A DNA stretch of 63,938 nucleotides from Candidatus Peregrinibacteria bacterium (GCA_037143575.1 JBAWYM010000002.1:1-63938); one strand, 5' to 3'; shown: positions 17,451-27,201, counted from the stretch's first letter. The notes: generated from the letters alone by a model not told the origin. Numbers and translations are program-made.

Positions 17451-17602
17451 AATGTGAGGGGTGAAGAAGATGAAAATCTCCGTTTGCGCTACTGGAAGCG
17501 CGGGGAGTTCGCAGGAAGAGTAGGGATACATGCGGGATTGTCAATTTCGATAGAGTGGTTTCGCATATTGACAATATATGAAATAGAATCAATAATTCTA
17601 TT

Positions 17603-18202
17603 ATGGTGCTCCACTCCCCAGTAGAAATTCTTCGCCCATCATCTCCGTCATCAGAGTCAATGCGGCGCGAATCTCGCGACAATAGAGCCTCTCAATTGCG
17701 ATATCGTTCGGAGAATATGCACGATGCGATACAGGATGTTCTTGACGGATTTTCTACAGAGACTAGCGGAGAAATCGCAGCACGGATCCAGACGAACTGG
17801 TCTGCGGGGGGCAATGTTGAGCGCTACAGTCGAGAAGCTGCACAATTGATAAATTCAATGACGGAAAATTTCACAATACTTCAAGGATTATTGACTGAAT
17901 CCACCTCTGCATCTCCTCAGAAAATCTTTGAAGTCAGTAATCGTCTCTTGGTAGCGGGAAGTACTCTATGGGATATAGTGCAATCTCATGCACTTTCTGA
18001 CAAACTCTCTGAAGAGTCGTTTTATCTTGGTCAAGAACTTTCTTGTAAGCTCGATAAACAAGAAGCACGTTTTGCTGTAGCCAATGCATTGGGGATACAG
18101 GCAATGTCTCTGGATATACGTCTGAGGAAATTGGGGGAAAATCTGTGGAATTATTCGCGTTTCAACGCACAGAAAAGGCAAGAATTGGAGAACGATTCGT
18201 AG
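17603..18202 (+). CDS. hypothetical protein upstream of the pilus operon
   Basis: The 199-aa ORF is predicted helical. The start is uncertain because there are internal ATGs. I recognise no domain. Confidence 0.4.
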   Translation: MVLHSPVEILRPSSPSSESMRRESRDNRASQLRYRSENMHDAIQDVLDGFSTETSGEIAARIQTNWSAGGNVERYSREAAQLINSMTENFTILQGLLTESTSASPQKIFEVSNRLLVAGSTLWDIVQSHALSDKLSEESFYLGQELSCKLDKQEARFAVANALGIQAMSLDIRLRKLGENLWNYSRFNAQKRQELENDS

Positions 18203-18346
18203 AATTTTGGCAGGACCGCCGAACGCTTGCGCCTCGTAGTCTCATTCTCCCGTATTCTTCCTCAAAACTCTCGTATTTTCCTAGCCCAAATATCCCTTTG
18301 TCCAAAGCGCCCTTTTCTGCTATAATTACCATGAAAAGACACATCC

Positions 18347-18808
18347 ATGCCCGACATTCCCACACCCACTCCTTCTGTGGCTCCCGTGCCTTCGGCAACA
18401 CCTACAACCGGTGTGCCTGCTGCGCCAACAGGTCCGCACATTCTCATCGTGGAGGATGAGCGGCCGCTAGCGCATGCGCTGGAGTTAAAATTTCGACATG
18501 AGGGATTCCAGACGACGATTGCGATGGATGGTGAGGAGGCATTGAAAGTGGCGGTGGCGGGGGATTTCAAAGTGATTCTTCTGGATCTGATCATGCCGCG
18601 AATGGATGGGTTTACGTTCCTGCAAGAATTGCGCAAGCAGGGTTCCTCTTGCCCGACAATCATCCTCTCAAACTTGGGGCAGGATGAGGATAAGGAGCGG
18701 GCCAAGCAGCTCGGAGGGGTAGGGTACTTCGTGAAATCCAATACGCCGATCATGGAGATTGTGAAGCAGGTTCAATCCATTATTTCCTCCTCTTCCGCTT
18801 CATCCTGA
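18347..18808 (+). CDS. single-domain response regulator (CheY-like receiver)
   Basis: It has 'ILIVEDE', 'ILLDLIMPRMDG' and 'YFVKS'. A P/T-rich N-terminal tail precedes the receiver. Its stop overlaps the pilB start (TGATG). Confidence 0.8.
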   Translation: MPDIPTPTPSVAPVPSATPTTGVPAAPTGPHILIVEDERPLAHALELKFRHEGFQTTIAMDGEEALKVAVAGDFKVILLDLIMPRMDGFTFLQELRKQGSSCPTIILSNLGQDEDKERAKQLGGVGYFVKSNTPIMEIVKQVQSIISSSSASS

Positions 18809-20739
18809 TGGCACTATCCGATCTCGATCTTGGCCAAATTCTCCTCAATCAGAGTTACCTCTCCGAAGATGAGCTGAAGCGCACATTAGCGCTTGTAGCA
18901 GCGCGAAAAATGCCGCTTCTAGCGGTACTCTTCGATCAGGGACTCCTCACGCAGGATCTCTTCGAGAGCGCGATGGCGGAGCACTACAAGCTTCCCTTCT
19001 ATGATGTACAGGCTCACCTGCCGCCTCCCGATGTCGTGAGTACATTGCCCGAGGAAATTTCGCATATGTTCCATGCGATTGTTACGGAATATGCCGCAGA
19101 TCACGTGATCGTAGCGACGTCAGATCCCGGTATGGAACTTCTGGAACAAGCGATCCGTTTGAATATCGGGCAGAAAGAAGCGCAGATGCCGGTAAAGGAT
19201 GATGGCAAACCCAAAGAGGAAAAGAAGAGTATGACCTTGTTCTCGTTTGGTAAAAAAGAGGCTCCCAAGCGCATTCCCTTCGCTGGGTCTGTCACTTTCA
19301 CGTACTCGCCGGAGTCCGGCATCGAGGCGGCGTGGATGCACTATCGCAAGCCTCTCACTACGCGCTTCAGCGCTATTATCGAGCACGAGAAGAAAGTAGC
19401 CCCCGAAATCCTCGAGGAAATAATTAGTGATGCCATCGAATTGCGCGCTTCCGACGTGCACTTCGAACCACAGGAGAAAGTCGTCATCGTTCGCTTCCGC
19501 ATTGATGGCGTGATGCACGAAGCCGGACGCATTCCCAAGATGCACTATGAGGGCGTGGTGAACCGCGTGAAGATCGCATCCCAGATGCGCATCGACGAAC
19601 ACTTCGCTGCACAGGACGGAGCCATCCGGTTCCCCACTCCGCACGGATCCATGGATATCCGTGTCTCTATCGTGCCGATCGTCGAAGGAGAGAAAATCGT
19701 CATGCGCCTCCTTGCGTCCTACGTTCGCTCCCTCACGCTCACGGATCTCGGTTTCGCTCCCGCCTACCGGACGATCCTCGAGGATGCCGTGCATAAACCC
19801 TTCGGTATGGTGATCACGGTCGGCCCCACGGGATCGGGAAAATCCACAACGTTGAGTGCGCTCCTCAAAATGCGTAATACGCCTGACGTGAACATCTCCA
19901 CCATCGAAGACCCAGTGGAGTACAAGATGACCGGCGTGAACCACATTCAAGTGAATCCGAAGGCCAATCTCACCTTCGCCTCGGGACTTCGTGCCCTCGT
20001 GCGTCAAGACCCGGATATCATTCTCGTTGGCGAAATCCGTGACGGCGAAACGGCGGATATTTCCGTCAACGCGGCACTCACCGGGCACCTCGTCCTCTCT
20101 ACTCTTCACAGTAATGATGCCGCCACGGCTATCCCGCGCCTCCTCGAAATGGGTGTGGAACCGTTCCTCCTCGCCTCAACGCTCGAAGTCGTGGTCGGCC
20201 AGCGTCTCGTACGCCGCGTCTGTCCGCGTTGTCGCTTCAGTGTGGAGATCACAGGTACTGAAGCGCAAAAGCTCTTCCTCGGAGCACAACAATATTTCCC
20301 GGCCGATAAGAGTATCACACTCTATCGTGGCAAGGGTTGTGACGCGTGCAGCAGCACCGGATTCCGCGGGCGCATCGGCATCTACGAATTGCTCGTGGTG
20401 ACCCCGGAGATCGAAGACCTTATCGTGCATCACTCTTCGAGTTCGACGATCAATGATACCGCGCATCGCCAAGGAATGAAGCTTATGTTCGAGGATGGTC
20501 TTGATAAAGTCCTCTCGGGTGTGACGACGGTGGAGGAGCTCCTGCGCGTGGCGGCACCACCAGCGCTGGCGCTGGTGAATGTTGCATCGGTTGTGTCCCC
20601 TGCGACCCCTTCCCGCGAAACCCCGCAGGATGTTTTTCGATCCGACTCCCATGTGACAAGCTCAGAACAGGCATCCCGCGCTGGTGAAAAAAATGATAGT
20701 CATTCTCCTAACCTCCTCTATGGAAAGCACCACGATTGA
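18808..20739 (+). CDS. pilB: type IV pilus assembly ATPase (GspE/PilB family)
   Basis: It has an N-terminal T2SSE_N/MshEN-like domain, the Walker A 'GPTGSGKSTT', Asp/His boxes, and the tetracysteine 'CPRC...CDAC'. Confidence 0.9.
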   Translation: MALSDLDLGQILLNQSYLSEDELKRTLALVAARKMPLLAVLFDQGLLTQDLFESAMAEHYKLPFYDVQAHLPPPDVVSTLPEEISHMFHAIVTEYAADHVIVATSDPGMELLEQAIRLNIGQKEAQMPVKDDGKPKEEKKSMTLFSFGKKEAPKRIPFAGSVTFTYSPESGIEAAWMHYRKPLTTRFSAIIEHEKKVAPEILEEIISDAIELRASDVHFEPQEKVVIVRFRIDGVMHEAGRIPKMHYEGVVNRVKIASQMRIDEHFAAQDGAIRFPTPHGSMDIRVSIVPIVEGEKIVMRLLASYVRSLTLTDLGFAPAYRTILEDAVHKPFGMVITVGPTGSGKSTTLSALLKMRNTPDVNISTIEDPVEYKMTGVNHIQVNPKANLTFASGLRALVRQDPDIILVGEIRDGETADISVNAALTGHLVLSTLHSNDAATAIPRLLEMGVEPFLLASTLEVVVGQRLVRRVCPRCRFSVEITGTEAQKLFLGAQQYFPADKSITLYRGKGCDACSSTGFRGRIGIYELLVVTPEIEDLIVHHSSSSTINDTAHRQGMKLMFEDGLDKVLSGVTTVEELLRVAAPPALALVNVASVVSPATPSRETPQDVFRSDSHVTSSEQASRAGEKNDSHSPNLLYGKHHD

Positions 20740-21889
20740 GACACCCACACTTTCCGGCATGCCTGCAGATGCTTCTTCTCCCACGAACAAGAAGAAATCG
20801 CGATGGGTTACATTCAAGAAGAATCTCGCCTCTTTGAATAATATGGGAATGGGGAAACTTCGCAGCCTCTTCATTGAAAATGTTGCGATGATGATCATCG
20901 CGGGCTTGCCGCTCGTAGATGCGCTCCAGGCACAATTGCTCGAAACACGTTCCAAACCGATGAAGGAGATCATTCGGGCCATTACGACAGCAGTGGAGAG
21001 TGGCTCACCCCTCTGGAGAGCGATGGATGATCAGAATTTCTTCTCACCCTACGAGCTCTCGCTGATCCGTATCGGAGAGGAAGGGGGGAATCTCGCGCGG
21101 AATATGCAGTACCTCGCCGAGCAGCAGGAGAAAGATCGTGCGCTCAAGGCGAAAGTGCAGATGGCGATGATTTATCCGAGTGTCGTGTTTGTCATGATCT
21201 TCGTGCTCGTCATGGGACTTGGCCTTTTCGTTCTTCCCAATCTCGTCGGGGTCCTCATCTCACTCAACGTCCCCCTACCACTTGCGACCCGCGTTGTTAT
21301 TGCGATCTCCAAAATCTTTGAAGCACACGGGATCCTCATTGTCAGTCTGACGCTCTCCGCCGTTGTTTTCTTTTTTCTCCTCGCAAAATTCACACGATTC
21401 CGTTCGGTCTCTCAGTGGCTTGTCTATCATATCCCTGGCGTTGGTACTCTCGCGCGTGAGGCCACTATTGCTCAGTTCGGAGTGATCGTCGGTGGACTGC
21501 TCCGTGCAGGAGTGCCCCTCGTCGATACACTTTCATCGCTGGTCAATGTCACCGATATTGTCGCCTATCGCAGATTCTATGCCGAAGTCTACGAGCACAT
21601 TCTCGCAGGAGATTCATTCAGCAAAACCTTCGTTGCCATCAAGCGGACGAGCTCCCTTCTGCCGATCTCAGTTCAGCAGCTCATTATGACCGGAGAACGC
21701 TCCGGATCGCTGGCGGATGTTCTTATGAAAATCGCGGAAATTCACGATCGAAAAGCGCAGGAAACTGCGGAGAAGCTTCCCACGATTCTCGAGCCTATCC
21801 TTCTTCTCTCGATCGGAGGTATAGTCGCAACTATCGCCTTCGCGATCATTATTCCTATCTATAGCGTCGTCGGGAGTCTCGGCAAATAA
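20693..21889 (+). CDS. pilC: type IV pilus platform protein (GspF/PilC family)
   Basis: It has two GspF repeats and 3 TM segments. The start is uncertain: GTG 20684, ATG 20693, ATG 20720 or ATG 20759. The first three overlap the pilB end. Confidence 0.85.
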   Translation: MIVILLTSSMESTTIETPTLSGMPADASSPTNKKKSRWVTFKKNLASLNNMGMGKLRSLFIENVAMMIIAGLPLVDALQAQLLETRSKPMKEIIRAITTAVESGSPLWRAMDDQNFFSPYELSLIRIGEEGGNLARNMQYLAEQQEKDRALKAKVQMAMIYPSVVFVMIFVLVMGLGLFVLPNLVGVLISLNVPLPLATRVVIAISKIFEAHGILIVSLTLSAVVFFFLLAKFTRFRSVSQWLVYHIPGVGTLAREATIAQFGVIVGGLLRAGVPLVDTLSSLVNVTDIVAYRRFYAEVYEHILAGDSFSKTFVAIKRTSSLLPISVQQLIMTGERSGSLADVLMKIAEIHDRKAQETAEKLPTILEPILLLSIGGIVATIAFAIIIPIYSVVGSLGK

Positions 21890-21933
21890 TTTTCCACAGG
21901 AACAATTTTCTCTCTGTCTTTCCCCTTCATCTC

Positions 21934-24900
21934 ATGGACTCCATACTTTCCGCAACATTCTCGCAGGAGCTCGCACATTCTGCTATTTCCAGAAAAGCAG
22001 AAAGGCATCCATCTTCGCCTGCAGGCTTCTCCGGGCGAGGAGAGAACAAACCTGCAAAGCGGTCAGGGTTCACTGCCGTCGAGACGCTACTCACCATCGG
22101 AATCATTGCCGTGACATCGGGGATTATTGCTCCTCTCTATCGCAGTTACGTCGTACGTTCTGATTTAGGGATCGCCGTGGAACAGACGATGCAGGCACTG
22201 TCCCGTTCTCAAATATTGTCCCGCTCGGGGCTGGAGAATGCGACGTGGGGATTTGCTGTTGCCGAAGGCGTGCTCTTTAGTGGAGATGGGTATCCTGTAC
22301 GCGATGTGGAATTCGATGAATCCTATCCTCTCCCCAAATCCATTCGCGTGTCCGGACTCACAGAAGTGACGTTCCAACGTGTGACCGGGATTCCTAACCA
22401 GACTGGAGACATCATCTTCACTTCGAACTGGAGCCTAGAACAGCGCATCCTTACCGTCTCGGCAGATGGGACGGTTGTGGCTTCCGGCCTCATCCCCCCT
22501 CCGATCACACCCGAGAATATAATCGATAGCGATCTCCATAATGCCTCCGAGGCGGCTAGCGCCTCTTCCGCCTCTTCCGCCATTGCCTGTAATGTGAATG
22601 CGTGTGCCGGCGGTGCTCCTGGGGGGTTGCCCGTCTCCTGTAATGATGGGACATTCTCCGGTGCGATCTGTGTACAGATTGCTGACGGTGTGTGTGGTTG
22701 GACATGGAGGGATTGCCCTAGCACCATTCCCTTTTCCCCGATCTCGTCTTCCTCTGCGGGCATGGAGCAGAGTACAGCGATATCTTCTTTCTCGGCATAT
22801 TATGCCTTGGCATCTTCTTCATTGGGGGGAGCAGGGATCTCCTCTCAGGTTTCTTCTGTTGCGGGTTCCAGCCAGGGCTATGTGGAGAGTGGACTCCTTT
22901 GTGGAGAGAGTTTTCATCTCTGGAATGATGGTACCATCGAGCTCTCCGAAACTGTCGATACGTCGGTGGAAGTCCTCGGATCCGCTTTTACGTTCATGAA
23001 TGGCAACTTCGTCACAAATTTCTTTGCTGCGGCGGGGGGAGGAAACTCCATGATCACCGTATCTGTAAGTACGGATGGAGGGCATGTATGGGCATCCCTC
23101 TTCCAAGGAGACTCTCTCGCCAGAGGGCAGACGGATACCATCGCAAATCTCCCCTCCGGAACGCAGATCGTCTTCCGGGTGAATGGTCGACAGGGATGGC
23201 TCTTCGGCAAATCCTTCAAATCCAATGATCACCTTGGTCATATTCTTCTCCTCCGTAATGGAGACAGTCTCCCGGATGTTGATGCTATGCAAAACAGGGC
23301 GGCTCTTCCCGCCTCTCTTCGTGCTCATCTGGATAGTAGCGGTAAGATTGCCATCGATGAAGATCAGGTCCTCTTGCTTGCGGAAATTGGGGGCCTGTCG
23401 AAGAGTTCTGCAGATTTCAATGATGCGATGCTTCTCATCCGTTTCGCGGTGAAGCCCGGGAGTTGTGTTGCTGTCGACGACCCCAAGTTCTCCGTCAACT
23501 TCGAACGCGTAGAGAATATCAGTGGGGATTTGGGGCGGAGCACGTACGTCGGGAACAAAGGGATAGTCTTCGCCGATGGGCAATGGATACCCCTCGCGAC
23601 AGCCGGTGTGGACAATATTGATTTTGCTCCGCTACTGGAGGCTGTTCCAGGCTTTGCAGCAGAGAGGTTGGCCGGTGGTACAGTGCGTGTTCTCCTCCAT
23701 GGATCGCATCTCATGGGCAAGGAGATTGCCGATGCCCGTATTGTTTTCGCAGGAGCGACGATCACGGGGATCGAAAATGACACAGGCATCCATCAATTGG
23801 AGAATCCCTTCGACGGCATTGTCAATGATGGCGTAGGAGGAGATGAAGCCACGCTCGCTTCTGACCATCAATCTGTCCTGCTGCAGAGCCGTGTGATGGG
23901 TGAGGATGATGCCCTACTCATTCACTGGCAGCGATCCCTATCCGGGAACAGTAGTTCAGCGGGGTCTGCGGTTGCTGCAGATGGTGCGGAGCCGGATGCC
24001 TGTGCCGCAGCATTCATCCGCGATAGCCGCGGGCGTATTGTTCTGCAGGAGAAGGCCGATGTTCGCTTCTCCATTCTGGGTTCTCATGCACTTTTCGGCA
24101 CGACGGGGAACTCCGCACATATCCGGCTTCGCGCGAGTGTCGACGGCGGAATTTCTTGGAGGTACCTCTTCAGCTACTTTGATATTGTGTCAGGGGATCA
24201 AGAGACCCTGAGAGATGTCCCCGCACAATCCGTGATCACACTCGATGCTGAGGAGCGGTTCGCTACGCTCTTCAAAAAGACCGCACAATTGGGAGATATC
24301 GAGGGAAGAATCCGTGCGTTCCTTCCCGGCGAAACTCTCCCATCGATTGGCCTCCTCACTTCGCCTAGCCAATTACAATCATTCTTGAGTAGTATGCTGG
24401 AAAATGGGAAGGTGAAACACCTGCCGCAGCGTTCACTCCTTCTCCTTGTAGAGCTTCAGAGCCTCGATGGAACGGCGGATTTCCAGGATGCCGTCGTACT
24501 CGTAGATATTACCAAGCCCATCAGTGCAGGTGGATCTTGCGCAGCGGCGGTTACAGAATCCTCTTCTTCATCCTCATCCCTTGCTGTAGGGAGCGCGGCA
24601 TCACTGCCTTCCGCATCATCGATCCTGATATGCCACTTCCCTCCCAGTAATCCTTCGCAAACCGAGGATCTCCGTATCGAAACATCAAGCTGGGCGACAC
24701 ACGCCGCGCATGGTGACCATCGTGGTGCGTGCGCAGGGGATGATGATGGCGATGGCGTGACTAATGCTGTGGATCTGTGTCCGGGAACATATATGCCCGA
24801 AGGGACTCCTACCGAGAGTATGCTGGAGGGCCGGTATGCGGTGACGGGTGTAAGCAATGTGTTTACCACCGGTCCGCGCAATCGTACGAGCCCATATACC

Positions 24901-25086
24901 CTCCGCGATACCTACGGATGCACGTGCGAACAACTTATTGATGTCGCTGAGAGCAAAACAATGTATTATTTTGGACAGCATCCCTCTCTCCTTCAGCAGC
25001 TACGTGGCCTCTTCCCGTACTACACGCAGGGTGCGCAGCAGTATGGTTGCGGGAAAACACTGTTAGAGCTCTTTGGAATATTGTAG
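21934..25086 (+). CDS. giant type IV pilin-like protein (class III signal + ~1000-aa extracellular region)
   Basis: 'KRSG|FTAVETLLTIGIIAVTSGIIAPLY' is a prepilin cleavage motif followed by a hydrophobic helix. The rest has Ser-rich linkers, a Cys-rich module, two copies of a ~190-aa domain, and a 'DDDGDGVTNAVDLCPG' TSP3-like Ca-binding motif. Confidence 0.7.
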   Translation: MDSILSATFSQELAHSAISRKAERHPSSPAGFSGRGENKPAKRSGFTAVETLLTIGIIAVTSGIIAPLYRSYVVRSDLGIAVEQTMQALSRSQILSRSGLENATWGFAVAEGVLFSGDGYPVRDVEFDESYPLPKSIRVSGLTEVTFQRVTGIPNQTGDIIFTSNWSLEQRILTVSADGTVVASGLIPPPITPENIIDSDLHNASEAASASSASSAIACNVNACAGGAPGGLPVSCNDGTFSGAICVQIADGVCGWTWRDCPSTIPFSPISSSSAGMEQSTAISSFSAYYALASSSLGGAGISSQVSSVAGSSQGYVESGLLCGESFHLWNDGTIELSETVDTSVEVLGSAFTFMNGNFVTNFFAAAGGGNSMITVSVSTDGGHVWASLFQGDSLARGQTDTIANLPSGTQIVFRVNGRQGWLFGKSFKSNDHLGHILLLRNGDSLPDVDAMQNRAALPASLRAHLDSSGKIAIDEDQVLLLAEIGGLSKSSADFNDAMLLIRFAVKPGSCVAVDDPKFSVNFERVENISGDLGRSTYVGNKGIVFADGQWIPLATAGVDNIDFAPLLEAVPGFAAERLAGGTVRVLLHGSHLMGKEIADARIVFAGATITGIENDTGIHQLENPFDGIVNDGVGGDEATLASDHQSVLLQSRVMGEDDALLIHWQRSLSGNSSSAGSAVAADGAEPDACAAAFIRDSRGRIVLQEKADVRFSILGSHALFGTTGNSAHIRLRASVDGGISWRYLFSYFDIVSGDQETLRDVPAQSVITLDAEERFATLFKKTAQLGDIEGRIRAFLPGETLPSIGLLTSPSQLQSFLSSMLENGKVKHLPQRSLLLLVELQSLDGTADFQDAVVLVDITKPISAGGSCAAAVTESSSSSSSLAVGSAASLPSASSILICHFPPSNPSQTEDLRIETSSWATHAAHGDHRGACAGDDDGDGVTNAVDLCPGTYMPEGTPTESMLEGRYAVTGVSNVFTTGPRNRTSPYTLRDTYGCTCEQLIDVAESKTMYYFGQHPSLLQQLRGLFPYYTQGAQQYGCGKTLLELFGIL

Positions 25087-25140
25087 TGAGAGAAATAGGA
25101 AGGGGTATCTCCGAGATTTCCGAACAGCTCCAAGGCCGAA

Positions 25141-25178
25141 AGCAAGATGGCACAATCTCCCCCATTTCTTGCTTTTTT
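25141..25178 (+). terminator. possible intrinsic terminator after the pilin gene
   Basis: The stem 'agcaaga'/'tcttgct' has an 19-nt loop and is followed by 'tttttt'. The structure is weak. Confidence 0.35.
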
Positions 25179-25535
25179 GCCTTTCGTGACACTTCGACTG
25201 TCCAGAGAACAACGAGTTCAACCACTATGCGCTGAAGCGCAAAGAATGACGGGAGGCTAAAGCCATCTTGTCGAATTCAATTCATGATCATATGGTCTAC
25301 ACTTTATCTCGAAATACTTGTCCTCCAATGCATTGATTGTACGCGACGTGTGATGTTTTGCGGTACGGATTTATTCTATCAGCGTGGCACGATGAGGTCT
25401 CGGACTAAAGAGTCGCCTAAAGGCGAGGGTGTTCCCCATCCCCAAGGGAGACCATAAACCACTCGTATCACTTCTGCGACAACGCACTCATCATGAGAAA
25501 TGGAAGAGTGGAGCTCTTTGCCCCGTTCACAAAAG

Positions 25536-25780
25536 TTATCCACATCCCTGTGGAAAGACCGCCCTTACCATTGCTCCACATCAGGGAAGAGTTTTCCCAT
25601 GGCGCTCTTGTTCTTTGGCTCCATGAAGCCAATATGTATGATGTTAGGCTTACTAGCCTTTCCCCGGTTTACTTGTCCACAGGTTTTCCACACCCCCTCC
25701 ACAGGATTCTCCATACTTTCACTATTTCCCCTCGGCAACCGTAAGCCATTTCACTAGAATTCTTCCCTTCGTTCTCCACA
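25536..25780. promoter_or_regulatory. cluster of DnaA-box-like 9-mers (candidate oriC) upstream of dnaN
   Basis: The boxes are TTATCCACA (25536, perfect consensus), TGTGGAAAG (25549, inverted), TTGTCCACA (25673), TTTTCCACA (25684), CCCTCCACA (25695) and TTCTCCACA (25772). Confidence 0.5.
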
Positions 25781-25877
25781 GAGTACAGCGTGTATTCTCT
25801 TTGGAAGGGAAGGGGGTACTATGATGACGGATTATCTGTATTCTTTATTACTTATTATCTCAGTACCGTACACCTCT

Positions 25878-27050
25878 ATGAAACTCCTGTGCAAAACTCA
25901 AGATCTTCTTAGTGCTCTCACTCTCGTGAGTCGTGCGATCAGTAGCCAGCAGGCGCTTCCCATTCTTAGTAATATTCTTTTGGAAGTGGAAGGCAAGCGC
26001 TGCAAAGTCAGTGCGACGGATTTGGAATTGAGCATCGTCACCAGCTTCGAGGCGTCGATCGAAAATGAGGGCTCGATTACTGTTCCAGCAAAAGCCTTTC
26101 TCAACTTCGCACAATACAACACTGACGATGAGGTTCTTTTGGAAACCAGTGAAGGAACACAATTAAAAGCAACATCGAAGCATGCGAAGACGGTGATTGC
26201 AGGGGAAGCAGCTTCGGAATATCCCACGATTACACCAATTGATCGGCAAATCACTTTTACATTGGATGCGCCCCCACTCCTCGACGCTCTGCATTTGGTG
26301 ACCTTTGCTTCAACTAAAACTGCGCTCCGTCCCGTACTCTCCGGTGTCTTCATTCATGCGGAAAAAGGAGTGCTTACCTTCGTCGCTACGGATAGCTATC
26401 GTCTTTCGGAATACAAGATTCCCACCACAGCGGCATCCACAGATATTTCCTGCATCGTTCCTACAAAGGTTCTCGAGGAACTCCAGTCGATCATCGGAGC
26501 GAAGAGGGCGGATACAGCGGAGTCCAAAGAAGAAAATGTAGACGGAAAGAAGGAGAAGGGAGAAAAAATTATTCCTCCTGTGGAGGTTTCCCTCAGCCCC
26601 CAGCAGATCGAGCTGAAGGTGGGGGGCACCCGACTCCTCTCCCGCCTCATCGAAGGCCGCTTCCCGGATTACCGTCAGATCATTCCCAAAGAGGAGAAGA
26701 CATCCCTCACGCTTAAGACCCGTGAATGGGCACCCATCATGAAGCGCATGCACTACTTCGCGAAGGAGATTAATAATAATCTTACCTTCGCCTTCCAGAA
26801 GGACAGCGTGACCGTGAAGACGCCCCAGACGCAGGGTGGCCGCGACGAGGCGACGTTCTCCATCGATGTGAAGGGAGAGCCGAACAAAATCGCCCTCAGC
26901 TCTTCTTACATTCTTGAGTTCCTCTCCCATGCGGATCAGCCGGAGGTGGAGCTTTCCCTAAGTGATAGTATGCATCCAGCCGTCTTCCGTCTTCCGGGCA
27001 ATGACCGGTTCTTGCATCTGATCATGCCACTAAGGCTACAGGAGGAATAG
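25878..27050 (+). CDS. dnaN: DNA polymerase III beta sliding clamp
   Basis: 'MKLLCKTQDLLSALTLVSRAISSQQALPILSNILLE' is a canonical DnaN start, and the three-domain length fits. A charged insert 'KRADTAESKEENVDGKKEKGEK' is present. I chose the start at ATG 25878. Confidence 0.9.
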   Translation: MKLLCKTQDLLSALTLVSRAISSQQALPILSNILLEVEGKRCKVSATDLELSIVTSFEASIENEGSITVPAKAFLNFAQYNTDDEVLLETSEGTQLKATSKHAKTVIAGEAASEYPTITPIDRQITFTLDAPPLLDALHLVTFASTKTALRPVLSGVFIHAEKGVLTFVATDSYRLSEYKIPTTAASTDISCIVPTKVLEELQSIIGAKRADTAESKEENVDGKKEKGEKIIPPVEVSLSPQQIELKVGGTRLLSRLIEGRFPDYRQIIPKEEKTSLTLKTREWAPIMKRMHYFAKEINNNLTFAFQKDSVTVKTPQTQGGRDEATFSIDVKGEPNKIALSSSYILEFLSHADQPEVELSLSDSMHPAVFRLPGNDRFLHLIMPLRLQEE

Positions 27051-27100
27051 GGATTGGGGATTGGTTATTAGGGATGAGGAAAAGGGATCAGGAAGAATTC
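27048..27100 (+). repeat. degenerate heptamer array immediately after the dnaN stop
   Basis: 'gggattg gggattg gttatta gggatga ggaaaag ggatcag'. The first 27 nt are nearly identical to 468..494. Confidence 0.65.
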
Positions 27101-27170
27101 CTGTGGAGAAACATAGCCAGAATACAATTGAGTATCTCTGAGGCAATTGAGGCTCATCCTCCGGCACGTT

Positions 27171-27201
27171 CGTTAACCGGCGGTTTAACCGCCGGTTAAC
27201 G
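27171..27201. repeat. 31-nt hairpin palindrome
   Basis: 'cgttaaccggcgg tttaa ccgccggttaacg' has perfect 13-bp arms. There is no T-run, so it is not a clear terminator. Confidence 0.5.

Noticed and set aside
25087-25535. A possible structured ncRNA in the long gap between the pilin gene and the DnaA boxes
   Set aside because: I looked for RNase P (GAAAGUCC), tmRNA, SRP and 6S hallmarks and for convincing nested helices, and recognised none. A covariance-model scan would be needed, so this is left unannotated.
27171-27201. The 31-nt perfect hairpin, considered as the dnaN terminator
   Set aside because: No U-tract follows on either strand and it lies 120 nt past the stop. I kept it as a palindromic repeat only.
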